From NCBI GenBank assembly GCA_905178155.1, contig CAJINV010000017.1, positions 736,722 through 800,721 of the forward strand: a DNA stretch of 64,000 nt. The letters run 5' to 3'. The notes below the pieces were generated by a model, which saw only the letters and a program-made list of their open reading frames with translations, did no database searches and had not been told where the DNA came from. The position numbers and the translations under genes were made by a program. The stretch is from Amoebophrya sp. A120 (lineage: Eukaryota > Protista > Dinoflagellata). This document shows, piece after piece, positions 11,832 to 24,561 of the stretch (its first letter is position 1; every line of letters starts with the position of its first letter).

Positions 11832-13458
11832 GATGCAGTTTTTTGAAGAGGCTGTTGGGGAGTTCAAGCCACTCGGTGGCCGGCCTTGAGAAAAATGTTC
11901 GCTTCTCCGGCACGTTCGAAAAAAAAATTAAAATAAAGAATCAAAGGAATCCGCTCCGATTGCATTGCGCGACTTCAGCAAGCATACTATTCTTGTGAAA
12001 GTCCATTTTACTATACAGTCTTTTCAAGCGCCACGCATCACCGATTTGACACAGAACAGCAAACAAACGCGATTAGCAGCTAGTGGAATTTTGAAACATT
12101 TTTAGTATCATCTAAATCTATGGAGGGGACGACGGTTATTGTTGAACAGGGCAACGTAAAATAAAGATAGACACCAGCAGAAGCAGTATGAACGTCGACA
12201 ATAAAGTGAATTCGCATGTAAATGTATGATAATCATGTGTGACTGTGAGATTCAGAATCAGACTCAGATAGATAGTGTATCAATATTAAAAGCATTCAAT
12301 GGACGAGATTACAGGAACGTACAGATAATGGAGCAGTAGTGGTTTCAAGTTTTCCGGCTTCCCGAAGGTACAAGACTAAATGTGCAAGGCCGGCGGGATT
12401 TCTATCGTTCGACGCAGTTTTTACGCTTAAATACGCACTCACTTACTTTCGGATTCAGACATACATGTTGTACCGGTACCTTTACTAATGCGCACGAAGC
12501 TCGACACAGACACCAACTCTCATACCCAGGAGGACAGCGTGGAAAGAATCAGGCACAGGTAGAAATCAGGTAGAGATGCCGTCAGTATGAGAATAAATAG
12601 CTCAACTTTAATTTGAACAATTTTATATTTATTTACTTAACATTTTAACAGACTCAAGAAGCAGAATGATTGCAACAGCTAGATGTTTTCAAGTTAGTAT
12701 CACGCAAGAATATCAAGTTTGAGAAAATTAATTGTACACCTTCCTTATTTTATTAATTTCAACGTCCTCGAGGATTGAAGGAAAAATGCTAACATTTCGA
12801 ATCTTGTTACCGCTAGACTACTCACTGTACACACTTAGGCGATGAAAATGAAAAAAAAATATACTTGTTTGTCCAGCTGCTGGACAGGTTTTTTTGCTAC
12901 AGCACCATGCTTGTTGCGATCGAAGAGTGTTGTGTTCACTCCTCAAGAATAAAATTTTGCGAACTGCGCTGTATTTTCGCGGGGATTCAGATTCCGAAAG
13001 AGGATAAGGCTTATACTTTCTTAAATGCTGCAAACGACATTTTTCCAGTGCGTTTCTGCACCGTCCCAAATCGCGGTCGACGTTGTTTTCGGTTTCCCTT
13101 AGGACCTTGTCCGCCCGTGCTGGTTTTCCATCTTCGTCATCGTTCGTGCGTTGCCATAGTCGTGCTCTCCGTCATTATTTCCTTTCTTTGTTGCAGTGAT
13201 CAGGTTTGCGAAGCTCGTTCTACTGCTTCTACTCAACGCAAGTTGCAGTGACTCAATCGTTCCACCTGCGTTGGCGTTCACGGTCTTCGGTCGCATCAAA
13301 TGTAGTCGTGACGTTTTGTTTCACTCCCGTAGTCGGAGATTTCACTTTATTCTTCGTTTTTCAATGAAAGACAGTTTGTCGCGGCCCCGGCAACATTTAC
13401 TGCTTTTGCATGCCCCAATACGACTCTTATACATACGCACTCATGTGGTATTAATATT

Positions 13459-16400
13459 ATGTACCCTCTTCCATTTTTTTTTCTTTTATTTTTCTTCCTC
13501 GCTTCCATTTTTCTCGTTTTTCCCCCGGATACGGATAACCACAACGCCTCAGATGACGACCCGTTTTCTTTTTCACAGGAGCCATCATATCGACAAACCA
13601 CAGGAGCAGCAGATGGATCCCGACCAGAGGAACAGCTGTCCGCCTCTTCAATAGTGCATTCGTGGTTTCTTGCCGAAGATAAGAAGGACAATTTTTACGG
13701 TGCCAACGATCATGATGAGTTGCCGGATCCTGAGCCATCATTTTTCGAACAACCGACCGCACTGCACAAGAACGGCAAAATCTTCCATCGTTCAGCTAAA
13801 TCTTCCAGTAGTGCTACATCTTCATCTTCTGGCGATGACGAAATCATAAGGAAGGAAGAGATTGTCAAAGGCGATCGCGACCAGAGAGGTCGTGTTGCGG
13901 AAGTAGATGTAGATATAAATTCCTCGACGGGTACAGAAAGTAGAAATGCGTTTGTTGCCGATCCGAAAATCATACTGTCGCTAGCCTCCGTAGTTTTCGG
14001 AGAGGACGACGCGACTTCTAGTAGTTCAAGTTCTCGCTTTAGTTCTTTAACATCAATAACACCCCGGAACAAGCTACAAGGATCTACTAGTACACCAACC
14101 GTGTCCACGATTTCGGGATCTTCCACTAATCGAACAAGTTCTCCTCCTTATTTTTCAACTTACTCGTACGCAAATACAAATAGAAATACTAATTCCGTTC
14201 TTCTGACCGCGGCTGACGAGATGCAGGGGCTCCTCGGTCAGTTGGCGGAGCGGCTGCAGACAGCTGGGCTCACAGGCGATGTTGGAGGGTCGGGCGATTC
14301 ATTTGCGGACAGTAGCACATCAGCAACTGCGGTGGTACTGTCGCTTTTAGACGCCCTGCGCCAAGTCCTCTTCCTCGCCACAGTCATCCTCGCCTCGTTT
14401 GGCAGCTTCTGGGATGCAATCGAGAAAAAGGTTGCTGAAGTCCACCTGGTGCGGGTTTTTGCGGGATTTTTGGAGAATCACACCGACGGATTTTTTGACA
14501 CAGACACTTTTGCGAACTACACAGCGAGTACTATCTGCTGGCTCGGCCTCCTAATCCTTTTTCGACACTTCTTTTACACGAGACTCTTTTTCCGCGACAA
14601 GCACCTAGATTTTAAGAATAGAAATAGAAAGACCGGGCTCTTTGCTCGAGTTTCGAACATTTTATGTTGCTGCTGTTGCTGTGGTCGGAGCAAGAAAAGA
14701 AACAAAGACGAAGAACAAACGTACGAAAGGCTGAGTGCGACCTTCAAAACGCTGCATCAGAAACAAGTTGTCAACATGGAGCACAACCAGAAAAGCCAGA
14801 GCGGGGCGCAAATGCGGGAAATGTATTCAAGTAGTAGACACCACACTTCTACTGCACCAGCAGACGGGTCGTCCCCCTTCTCATCTGCTAATGTGGGAAC
14901 AAGTTACGTCCCTCTCCCTGGAGGCAACGTCTTGGAGGCCGGCGCTACTTTTGGTGCGGAAGAACTACGCGGGCAGCAGCCGCACAGCCGCGCTGCAGCG
15001 TCTGGCGATTTTAGTCACAAAACTGTCACAATAAACTCCGCCGCGAGGTCCACCCCGCCAGAGGACCTCCAAGAACAGCCAGAAGCTACGACGTCAAAGA
15101 CGGCCACGACGGCGCAGGAGCGGATCGCGTTTTTGAGCCGAAAGCTGAAGAAGACCCCGACGGCGCTGCTGGAGGACCCGAGTTACGGGCACGGGTGGCT
15201 CCCCTGGGACCAGCGGGCCGCGATGGTGTCGGAGGCGGAAAAGGACGTGATTCGGTACGCGAAAACGGAGGACGGGCGGGACGACCTGCACTTCCAGCTG
15301 GACATGGGCAACAAGTATGAGGGCAGCGGGGTGGTGCTGCCGCTGACCCGCGAGGAGATGGAGCAGCACAAAAACACGGCCTTCGTCGGGGTGGCCTACC
15401 AGATCACCAGCCTGGGCAAGCTGGACACGGTGGCGGAGTCCGTGGACCTGGGCTTCGAGCTGTCCATGCTCTTCAAGGTGACCGACGCGGAGGACATTGC
15501 CACGCTGAAATCCATCGCGGGCGACGAGTGCACGCTGAGCGAGCTGAAGCTGAACCAACCCCTACCCCTCTTTAACATCCGGTCGGCCACCGAGCCGGAG
15601 GCGATTTCCGAGTGCGTGGTGGCCGTGCGGGAGTGCGTCGACAAACCATTGCCGGTGGCGGAGGACTACGCGGCCGCAAACGTGGACTTGGCGCACAGCT
15701 TTAATTATAGAAGAAGTTCATCTCGTGGAGGTCCTGATGTAGAAGGTCTCGACCAACCGCCGCTCGAGAAGCTGACGCGGTCGTTTTACGTGCAGACGTA
15801 CGGAAAATACCAGTCGGTGATCAACCAGGTGATGGATCTCGATTCTTTCCCGTTCTCCCGCATGCTGTTGCGCATGACGTTCGTGAACACCATGTCCACG
15901 AAGAGCTTCTACGCGGTGCCCTGGAACTTCATGCTGCCGCACTACGAGATCGTCCGAGACAAGAAGGCAGCAGGAGCTGGTGCAACGGGTGGTGCAGCTG
16001 TGGTCAACAAGTTTGCGGACCGGCGATTAGGATCCATGGACCCCAGGTTCTCCACCATGGCAGCGCCATCTGCTCAAACAGGAAGCACGACAAGTAGCAA
16101 TCGACCCAAGATGAGCCCCGCCAACGAAGTTCTCGCCTCGGTCGCGGCGATGGGCGCCCGGGGCGCGGCGATCAACAACTCTAGTTCCCCCACGACAGCA
16201 ACTAGTACGACCGCTGCCGGGTCCGGCGCATCAAACGCGACCAGCCGCACGGCGTCGCTCTCGCCGGTTGCTGGGACCACGACGGGCAATCATTATGCAA
16301 CAAAAAAACTGTGTAAGTGTAACTTTGTAAAAATGCAGAAAGTGCAAAACTGTTACACCTGTCATGCCAGACAACCATGAAGGCCTCTTTTCCTGTGTGT

Positions 16401-17293
16401 TTTCCCTTGTAAGCCACGCATGACAGGTTTTCTATGTCATGTAGAGCAAATTTGTGATGCTGTCAGCCAAAGAAAGTTACACTAGCACAGTTTTTTTCTT
16501 GGATAATCATGGCGCACCAGCTACAACTGCACCAGCGAACCCGTCGCCGGGCTACGGCTACCGGTTAGTGGAGATGAAATACCGGCCCTCGGTGTTCAAG
16601 GGCCGCACGCGGGTGACGGAAAGCTGGATCTGCCGGGGGCACTATGCGGAGTTCTACCCGCTGTCCTGGCTGGCCGCGATGCCCTCGGGCGCGAAGTACA
16701 GCCGGTTTCACATCGTGCTCCAGATGGAGTGCGTCCCGAACTTTTACATCAGCAACGTGCACGTGATCCTCTTTCTCCTGGTCTGCTTGGCGTTTTCCGC
16801 GTTCCTCATCCCCGTGACGGAGGTGTCCGACCGGATGCAGGTGATTTTGACTCTAGTCTTGACCCTGGCCGCCTACAAGGTGTCGCTGACCGCGTGGCTG
16901 CCGTCCAAGCCCTACATGACCAGCATGGACCTCTACGTGCTCTGGTCCTTCGGGCTGACCTTTGTGCAGGGCGCGGCGATCATGCTCTGCGGGTGGCTCA
17001 CGAACTATTTGAATTACGACGCGGACACCATCCACTTCTACGAGGGGTGGTTTTGGACCGTTGTGCTCTTCTTCTGGCTGTTCTCGCACTTGCTGCTCAC
17101 CGGTGTGGCCTACTACGGGAAAATGCAGAAGTACCTCTTTCCCCGGTGGAAGGCGGTGCTGGCGCAGGACGACATGCTGCACCTGCGCGAGCGAGATTTC
17201 GTGCAGGGGGCCAACGAGCGGGTCTTCTCCATGAAGAGACAGGACGTGCCCAGCATGGCGTCCGTGCACGGAAGGCTCGACTTCAGCAGCTGA
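13459..17293 (+). CDS. Pentameric ligand-gated ion channel subunit (Cys-less/Pro-loop type) with long N-terminal extension; 2 exons
   Basis: FVGVAYQITSLGKLDTVAESVDLGFEL (beta1-2), MDLDSFPFS (Pro-loop), M1-M3 with DRMQVILTLVLTLAAYK and LPSKPYMTSMD, then M4. ORFs 13459 and 16454 join in frame (TTGNH|GAPAT) after removal of 16294-16510. Confidence 0.85.
16294..16505. mobile_element. Introner / MITE-like non-canonical intron (212 bp), TSD ATCAT
   Basis: Imperfect ~35-bp TIR (tatgcaacaaaaaaactgtgtaagtgtaacttt / aaagttacactagcacagtttttttcttggata). ATCAT at 16289-16293 and 16506-16510. Excision restores the channel frame. Confidence 0.9.
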
Positions 17294-18587
17294 TATTTTA
17301 TGTCCGGGGCGGGAGACTGTGACTGACAAGGGGTGCAGGATCAGTTGTGGGGGTTGTGATGAAGATGCCACATCAAGGGCCACGAGTCGTCCGCGACTAC
17401 CTACGTCGACCGTTCCGTAGTTTTCAAACGACGTCATCTTTTTCTGATCCTGATCTCCTTGCTTCTGCAGTCCCCATCTCCTGGAGGTTGTTTACTTACG
17501 ACTTGTGACAAAGGACAAATGTTGTCAAAAATTTTGGGGGACGTCGTGTATGATGAGGCTTTCGCTTTTTCTATCTTAAAACTATGACCTGCGGCCGCGA
17601 CACAAAGAGAAAGAGTGCGTGACGCTGCATGGGAAAAAGAAGAACATACATCATGCGCGAAGATCCACACATGGACCTTTCCTGGAGTAGTTTTTTTCAC
17701 TGGGGAAGAAGATCGCGAGGAGCCAACATGCCCATGGCACGATGAATTTTGAGGAACAACCTGTACATTCATACGATACTTTTTACACCCTTCGCGACGA
17801 GCTACACGCTTTCATCATTTCATCTATGATTTCATCTTCACCGGGGTCCATTCACTGGACGATTCGACTTGAAGAGGCCGATGTTCATGTGGTAAAACAC
17901 CACAACGCAGTGTTCAGTTTTCGCTTTCAAGCCATCTTCAAAGTGGATTTGGCAACAAGTTCCTGTATCGTAAAATGGTTCTAGGCGATTTGTCGACGCC
18001 AACCTGTTTCGCCAAAAAAATATGCCTATGCACAGTTGCGCTTGCGTGTTGCTACAGAAAAAGAAATGGAGTTGCGACTCGACCACCGTGTTGGAGGTGC
18101 TTGCTGGTAGTTAGCATCTACTTAGACTTACTCTTTGACTAAGAGTGAGGATAGAAAAAAGGAAAGCGCTCCCATCCGGCGCACAAGAACGGGAAGCCTG
18201 TCGTGTGGCCGCGGCCGTCTTTGTCCTGATACTAGTATGGCAACAAGAATATTCTATTGCTCAACTTATCTCTACTTTGGATGGGGCAGCTATCGCTAAA
18301 ATTCACGTATCTTCCTCTTGCTCCAGCGATATTCATTGACAAGAAACGCTTGAGTACTTTAGTGACCCTTCTATCATGTCATGTCTTGTACAACTAGATG
18401 CAGATGCTATTCGAGGTTCCGAGAACGTATTGGACAGATACGAAGCTTCGACTTCACCATGATGTAAGTAGCTAAGTCGCACTATAAGTCGTCGTATCTT
18501 CACAACTACTCAACAAGGGTCAACTGAAATAAAGCCCCCAACTCGACGTCCACCAGCTCACTACTTCTATTTCACTTCAACGAGAAG

Positions 18588-21500
18588 ATGTCTTCCTCGA
18601 ACAATCAGTATCAGCAGCAGAACCTGTTCTCCTTCATGCCTAAGCGTGAACCACCGAAACTGTCGGAAGACGGGTCCACTAGCAACACCATGAAGCGCCG
18701 GAAGGTGGACCAGGTGCAGGGCGTGCCCACGCCCGCCAAAGGAGGTTCGTCCGCCTCGCAGAAGGGCCCGGAGGCTGCACCTCCAGATGCTCCTGCTCCG
18801 GCGGAGCAAGTAGTTCAGCCAATGCAGCAGGTGGAAATGCAGAAGCAAGGTACGACCGTTGCGGCCAGCGCTGCAGCCTCCTCGTCGTCGCCAAGTGCGG
18901 GTAAGACAAAGAACGTTAGACCAGCGGCGGAAAGAGCTTCAGTATCCGTTTCCGGTGGCGGCGTCGCTCCCTCCTCGTCTGCGCAAGTACAAAGCAACAA
19001 GATCCAGCCTGCAGCGATGAAGCAAGCCTCGTCCTCCTCCTCGTCTTCCTCTTCTTCGACCAGAATACCAGTGGAAAACCGGCTCCAAACGAGCTCGCAC
19101 TGGAAAAAGGAGGTCGGCGGGGAGATGACCGCAGCCGCTAGTAGTTCTTCCTCCACCGCGGCTGCGGGTCGTGGTGCAGCTGGAGCACCAGATGCAACAG
19201 CGAATAACAAGACGACTGCCGACGCGCTAAAAGCAGAGGCGAAGCAGAACACGAATTTGCTGGCCGCGTCCCGCGCCACGAAGAACCAGAACACGTTCTT
19301 CAACCAGATTCAGTTCTTCCACTCCACCGCGCTCGCGCACCACCAGTGGCCAAAGTGGCTGGTGCCGGAAAACATCCGGGATAAGGCGGGCAAGCGACCG
19401 GATGACCCGGAGTACGACCAGACCACACTGCACGTCCCCGACATGTCGGACCCGAAGAGGGTGAAGGAGATGGAGAAGGACGAGGACACCAAAAAGTGGG
19501 TCACGCCGATGATGCGGCAGTACTGGGCCATCAAGAAGGACAACTTCGACAAAATTCTGCTCTTCAAAGTTGGCAAGTTCTACGAGGTGTTTTTCTACGA
19601 CGCGTATCTAGCGCAGCACATCTGCCAATTCAAGTGGATGGGCAAGGACCCGAGACCGCACGTCGGGTTTCCCGAACCCGCCTTGCACCCCAACGCGGTG
19701 AAACTGGTCGAGGCGGGAGTGTGTTCGGTCGTGGTGGAGCAGGTGAGCTCGTTCGTTGTGGGGGTTTTCATTCTTGTGTAGGTAACATGAGGAATCTGCA
19801 TTATTTTTCCGCAATAATACAAAATCAGTACTCGTCGGTTCTTTCGAATGGTGCTGTTGACACTTAAAATTACGGAGCCAAAACATTTCTATAATTTTCA
19901 GATCGAAACCGTGGAGGAGGCCCAGCGCAAGCACGCGGAGCGGAAAGCCAAAGACTCGAAAATCGGGTCCACGGTGACCGTGGAGCGCGGGGCGTGCGAA
20001 GTTTTTACGCCCGGAACCCTGCTCCACGACGACATGCTACAGAACCGCGGCCAGGACGCGAACTACTTGTGCATTTTGAGGCAGGATACGGAACATGAGT
20101 ACCACTTCGGCGTGGTGCTGGTCGACGTGGCCACGGGGCAGTACAGGATCGGGTTTCTGCGGGATACGGAAGACCGGCAGCAATTGCGCACCATGCTCTC
20201 GCAGACCCAGCCGAGCGAGGTGGTGTACCAGCCGAAGAACTTGTCGAGCTCGGTGATCAAAATGTTGAAGACGATGCCGTTGAAGCCCGCCTGCATCCCC
20301 TACGACGACAAGGTCGAGAAGGTGGCCCAGGCGCAGGCGCTGGTAGAAGAAAACTACGGGAAAGCCGTATCCTGAGTAAAAACGTACCCACACCAGAGTC
20401 AAGATGGGGATTTTGCAACACAAACCTCGGAGTTTTGGGAGTCACGCATGACAAGTTGCACTATGCAGTGTAGTGCAGGTTAGCAAGTGCAGCCGCGTCA
20501 CAGATTCATCTGCTTATCCTGTTCACAGCATCACAAATTCCAAAACACGACTGGACATGGCTCTCATGGGGATGCGCATTACAAGTCTTCCTCCCTTTGC
20601 AAATCTGCATTACAACTCTGGTGTGGGTACGTTTTTACTCAGGATAAGCCGGGGGTGACAAGACAAACATGGACGTCGATGACGTTTTGCTCAATGCGGC
20701 GAGCAGTACTACTGTTTCTTTATGTGAAGCAGGAGTTTGATCATATAGGTGCAGTTATACGAAACCTGAAGATCGTCTCGATTGTCATGATTTCATACGA
20801 CGATGGGTACAACCTGCCCTACTCAATACTTCAGATCCCTGTAAATTCTCTTCGTGAAACGGGCGAAGCCGAAGTAGGTATGAAATTCAACATATGCAAG
20901 TAAGTTGGATCTCAATCTCTTTCTCTACTATCTCAGCCTTCGCCCTGGCCGTGAGTTTCAGATACCTTGAGTTCGTGCTTCTGAAGAACAACGTGCTCCC
21001 CGTCGCCCGGTGGGAAGTTTACGACACCGCTAGCGTCGGAAAGAAGTACATGATCCTGGACGCCACGGCGCTGGACAACCTGGAAATTCTGCGCCGGACC
21101 GACGGCAAATACGAGGGGTCTCTGCTCCACTTCGTGGACAAAACCTCCACCGCGTTCGGGTATCGACTGCTGAAGAAGTGGCTCGTGGCCCCCTTGATGG
21201 ATGTAAAGGAAATCAAGAAGCGACAGGACATCGTCGATTTGTTTCTCAACGTCCCGGCGAATTCAGAATGCTGCAGCGTGTTGAAATTGAAACTGAAAAA
21301 ACTCCCGGACATGGAGCGGCTCTTCACAAAACTTTGCTCCCTCGGGACCACACTGCAAACCCGGAAAGCGGTGCTGTACCAGGACTACATTGGCAAGCGA
21401 ATTTCGGAGTTTTTCTCCTTGCTCGAGGCGTTCAGCACGTGTCAAGGTCTGATCGAGGCGTTTCGAAACAGTTTACAGGTGGTGAACGAAGAGGACGAGG

Positions 21501-23565
21501 ACGGGGACCAGGTAATGGCAGCGAGTGACCATCAGCAAGGTAATGTTAAATCGAAACAGCTTCCGGAACGACTACAGACCTTGCTGACCTACCAGAAGGA
21601 CGGGGGCACGTTTCCGGATTTGCAGCCGTTGAACGAGGATTTTATGAACAACTACGTGGATGCGGAAGGCGAGGGGAAAAAGCAGTCGTTCACACCGAAA
21701 GTGGGAAAATCCAAGGAGTATGACGGCTTGGTGGCGAAAAGGGCAGAAATCACGGACGCGTTAGAGGCGGAGTATCAGCTCGTTGTGTTATACAATTCTT
21801 CTCTGGTCGCAGCTCCAGGATTCTTCACGGAGCATCTTCGTGTGAACTGAAAATATGTCTTTGGCCGCGGCTTGGCCGGCTTGACATTGCCCGGCTTAAC
21901 ATCAATGAACAAAAAACCAACTGCACACGACGACGCACTGCATTTACTTTATTGAAAAATGTCAGGTTGGAGAAGCTCCAGAAATCGTTTCCCAATGTGG
22001 ACATGAAGTACATCCACCGCCTACCCGCTTACCGCTACGAGGTGGAAGCGCCCGAAAACGTGCTGCCTCCGAAGTTCACGCAAAACGCTGAGAAGTGCCA
22101 ACATACTTCGAGTCGCAAGAATTTCATTCGCTTCCACACACCGACAATTGTGGAAAAGGTAGCTTTGTTTCGTGGTGCTGGTACACAAATATCTATTGCG
22201 AAGCGCTACTAGTAGTACAACTGACGCAACATTTTTTGTTCCAACGAACGAGCGTGCGGCAGTTGCTGACCACGCATCGGATCTGCTCGGTCTAATGAAC
22301 TGCCGCGTCGAAAGAAGACAGACTTGTCATTCCAAAGTTCCTGCATTCATTTTACAGCTCAAAGAGCTTGACGAGGCCGACAACAAACTGCGCGACTCCA
22401 TGTACCCCTACGCTGCCAGCATGTTTCGCGAGTTCCACAAGTACAAGGCGCACTACTCCGCGGCCCTGCAGTGCGTTGCGGAAGTCGATGTGTTTCTCTC
22501 CATGGCGCAAGCGTCCGCCTTCTCGCCAAACGGGGACATGGTCCGCCCGGAGTTCGTACCGGTGAAGGATGCGCAAAAGGTGTGGAAATAAGGGAGTCAT
22601 TTTTTACTTCTACCAAAGTGATTTTTGTATAGATACGATTACGAACGAAAACGTGCGCACATGAAAGCAAAGTGCTAGTATCGGCTGTGCAATGGTCGCA
22701 GCTGCTTGTTGTGCTCCGTAGAACAAGCGTATAATGCTGTTAATAAATAAGTTAGTAACAACATCACCATCAGGACCTTCCCGTGCTGGACCTCCGTGAC
22801 GGGCGGCACCCGGTGCAGGAAGCCCAGACCCCCGGGTTCGTCCCCAACGACACCACCATCCCCGGCAAACCCAGCATCCTTCTGGTCACCGGGCCGAACA
22901 TGGGCGGGAAGTCCACCATTCTCCGGCAAGCCGCGCTGGCCGTGATTCTCGCACAAACCGGGTTCCGCGTGCCCGCCAGCCGCTTGCTTCTCACGCCAGT
23001 GGACCGGATCTTCACGCGGGTCGGGGCGCAGGATTCCTTGATTGAGGGCAAATCCACGTTTTTGATGGAACTGGAAGAGTGCGGCTGCATCCTCCGCGAA
23101 GCGTCGAAGTTTTCTCTCGCGGTGATCGACGAACTGGGTCGCGGGACGAGTACTTTTGACGGGGCGGCCATTGCGTTGGCGGTTTTGGAGTATTTAGCTT
23201 CCGTCATCAAATGCCGCACTCTCTTCGCTACCCACTACCACCTGCTCGGCACGCACCAATCGGAGGAAATCGCGCCGTTTTTCATGGACGTGGACTCCAC
23301 CAGCTCGGACGAATTGATCTTTCTCTACAAGCTGGTCAAAGGTTTATGTCCCGACTCCCACGGCCGGAACGTGGCGAAACTGGCCGGGCTGCCGCAATCG
23401 GTCGTCGAGGACGCGAGCCGGAAGTCGGTCGAGTGGGGCAAGGAGCACGAGTCGCAGGGCCCGGAGTTGCTGTTGCAGCAGATTGTCAGTTTGGCGGAAA
23501 AGAAAGACAAGCAGGCACTGGCGAACCTGTTTGACAACCGGAAGGAGTGGGCGAGGTGCTTGTGA
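18588..23565 (+). CDS. MSH6: DNA mismatch repair protein MSH6 (MutS homolog), multi-exon
   Basis: IRDKAGKRPDDPEYDQTTLHVP, TPMMRQYW, FKVGKFYE, LDATALDNLEI, TGPNMGGKST, DELGRGTSTFDG, FATHYH. Frame-consistent GT-AG introns at 19743-19901, 20878-20936, 21772-21965, 22159-22357, 22580-22773, plus the introner 20368-20646 and a probable non-canonical intron at ~20682-20805. Confidence 0.93.
20368..20646. mobile_element. Introner / MITE-like intron (279 bp), TSD AGCCG
   Basis: Perfect 32-bp TIR tatcctgagtaaaaacgtacccacaccagagt. AGCCG at 20363-20367 and 20647-20651. Lies inside an MSH6 exon. Confidence 0.93.
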
Positions 23566-24561
23566 TTTGTAATGGAAATTTTTATCGTCATCGTAGAGAT
23601 GTCAGCATCTTCAATCGATGGAGCAGATGGAACAAGTACCAATTGCGCTGCTAGAAGTTGATACAACAAAACAAGAAAAGCAACTGTTTTGAGCTTTCAC
23701 TAGACTGCCCAAAGTAGGACGACGACGGCACAGATTACTAAATTTCACGCTTTATATTCTTTCTCCCCTCAGGTTTTTGTCAATTGTGATTGTCATGTTC
23801 ATTTTCCCCGACGAACACAGAGAGCATCAAACATGATTAACTTGTTGTTCACTGGAGCATGATGCGCCGCGCCTGCACGCACCAGGCGGAGAAGAGAGCA
23901 GAGCTTTGTTCGCCCAGGAGAGATCCATGCTTCCAACTCCAGCACACAAGGAAACAAACAAAGCATACTAGCGCCACTTTTTAAAAAGTGGGCAGAAAGG
24001 AGTCGGTCGCAAAGTGTGTTGCCATGATCACCTTCGATTTCGGCGCTTCATGGAATCGGTCTATTCGGTTCGGTGGACGCTGACAGTCAATGCGATTTGG
24101 TTCAAGAAGTCGTGAAGAAGGGCACGCTAATATATCGGTCTTGTAAAGAATATATTATAAAGAACGAATGCAGGTTTTCTGCCATCTGGTCAGGCGGTCG
24201 ACATGCACTTCTTCGGTTGTCTTTGCCTCACACGATTGAACTTCGGTCCTTCAAATAATGAACTTCGGTCCTTGCCTCTGGCATCTTCAGGCGAATTTCG
24301 TGATTTCTGGTTCCGCTGAGTAGAGCCTTGTGTATTTTTACCGTGAAGTAGAACCTACGAAGGACAAGTAGGCAATCGCAACCTGACCTCATACGTTGAT
24401 CTTACATACTTATTTCGAAGCAGGTCTTCATCTATTCAAGCACTGCGATGTAGTTTTTCTTTCATATATTTGCCGGCGATTGTGATTTTGTCTAATATCA
24501 CGAAATCACTGTTCTTGTAGAGCATATTTCCACTACACCAGGCACATTCACCGTTGAAAAA

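Noticed and set aside
24237-24273. 15-bp direct repeat tgaacttcggtcctt x2; similar aggttgtactaatat x2 at 50126 and 50165
   Set aside because: Simple local slippage duplications with no further structure.
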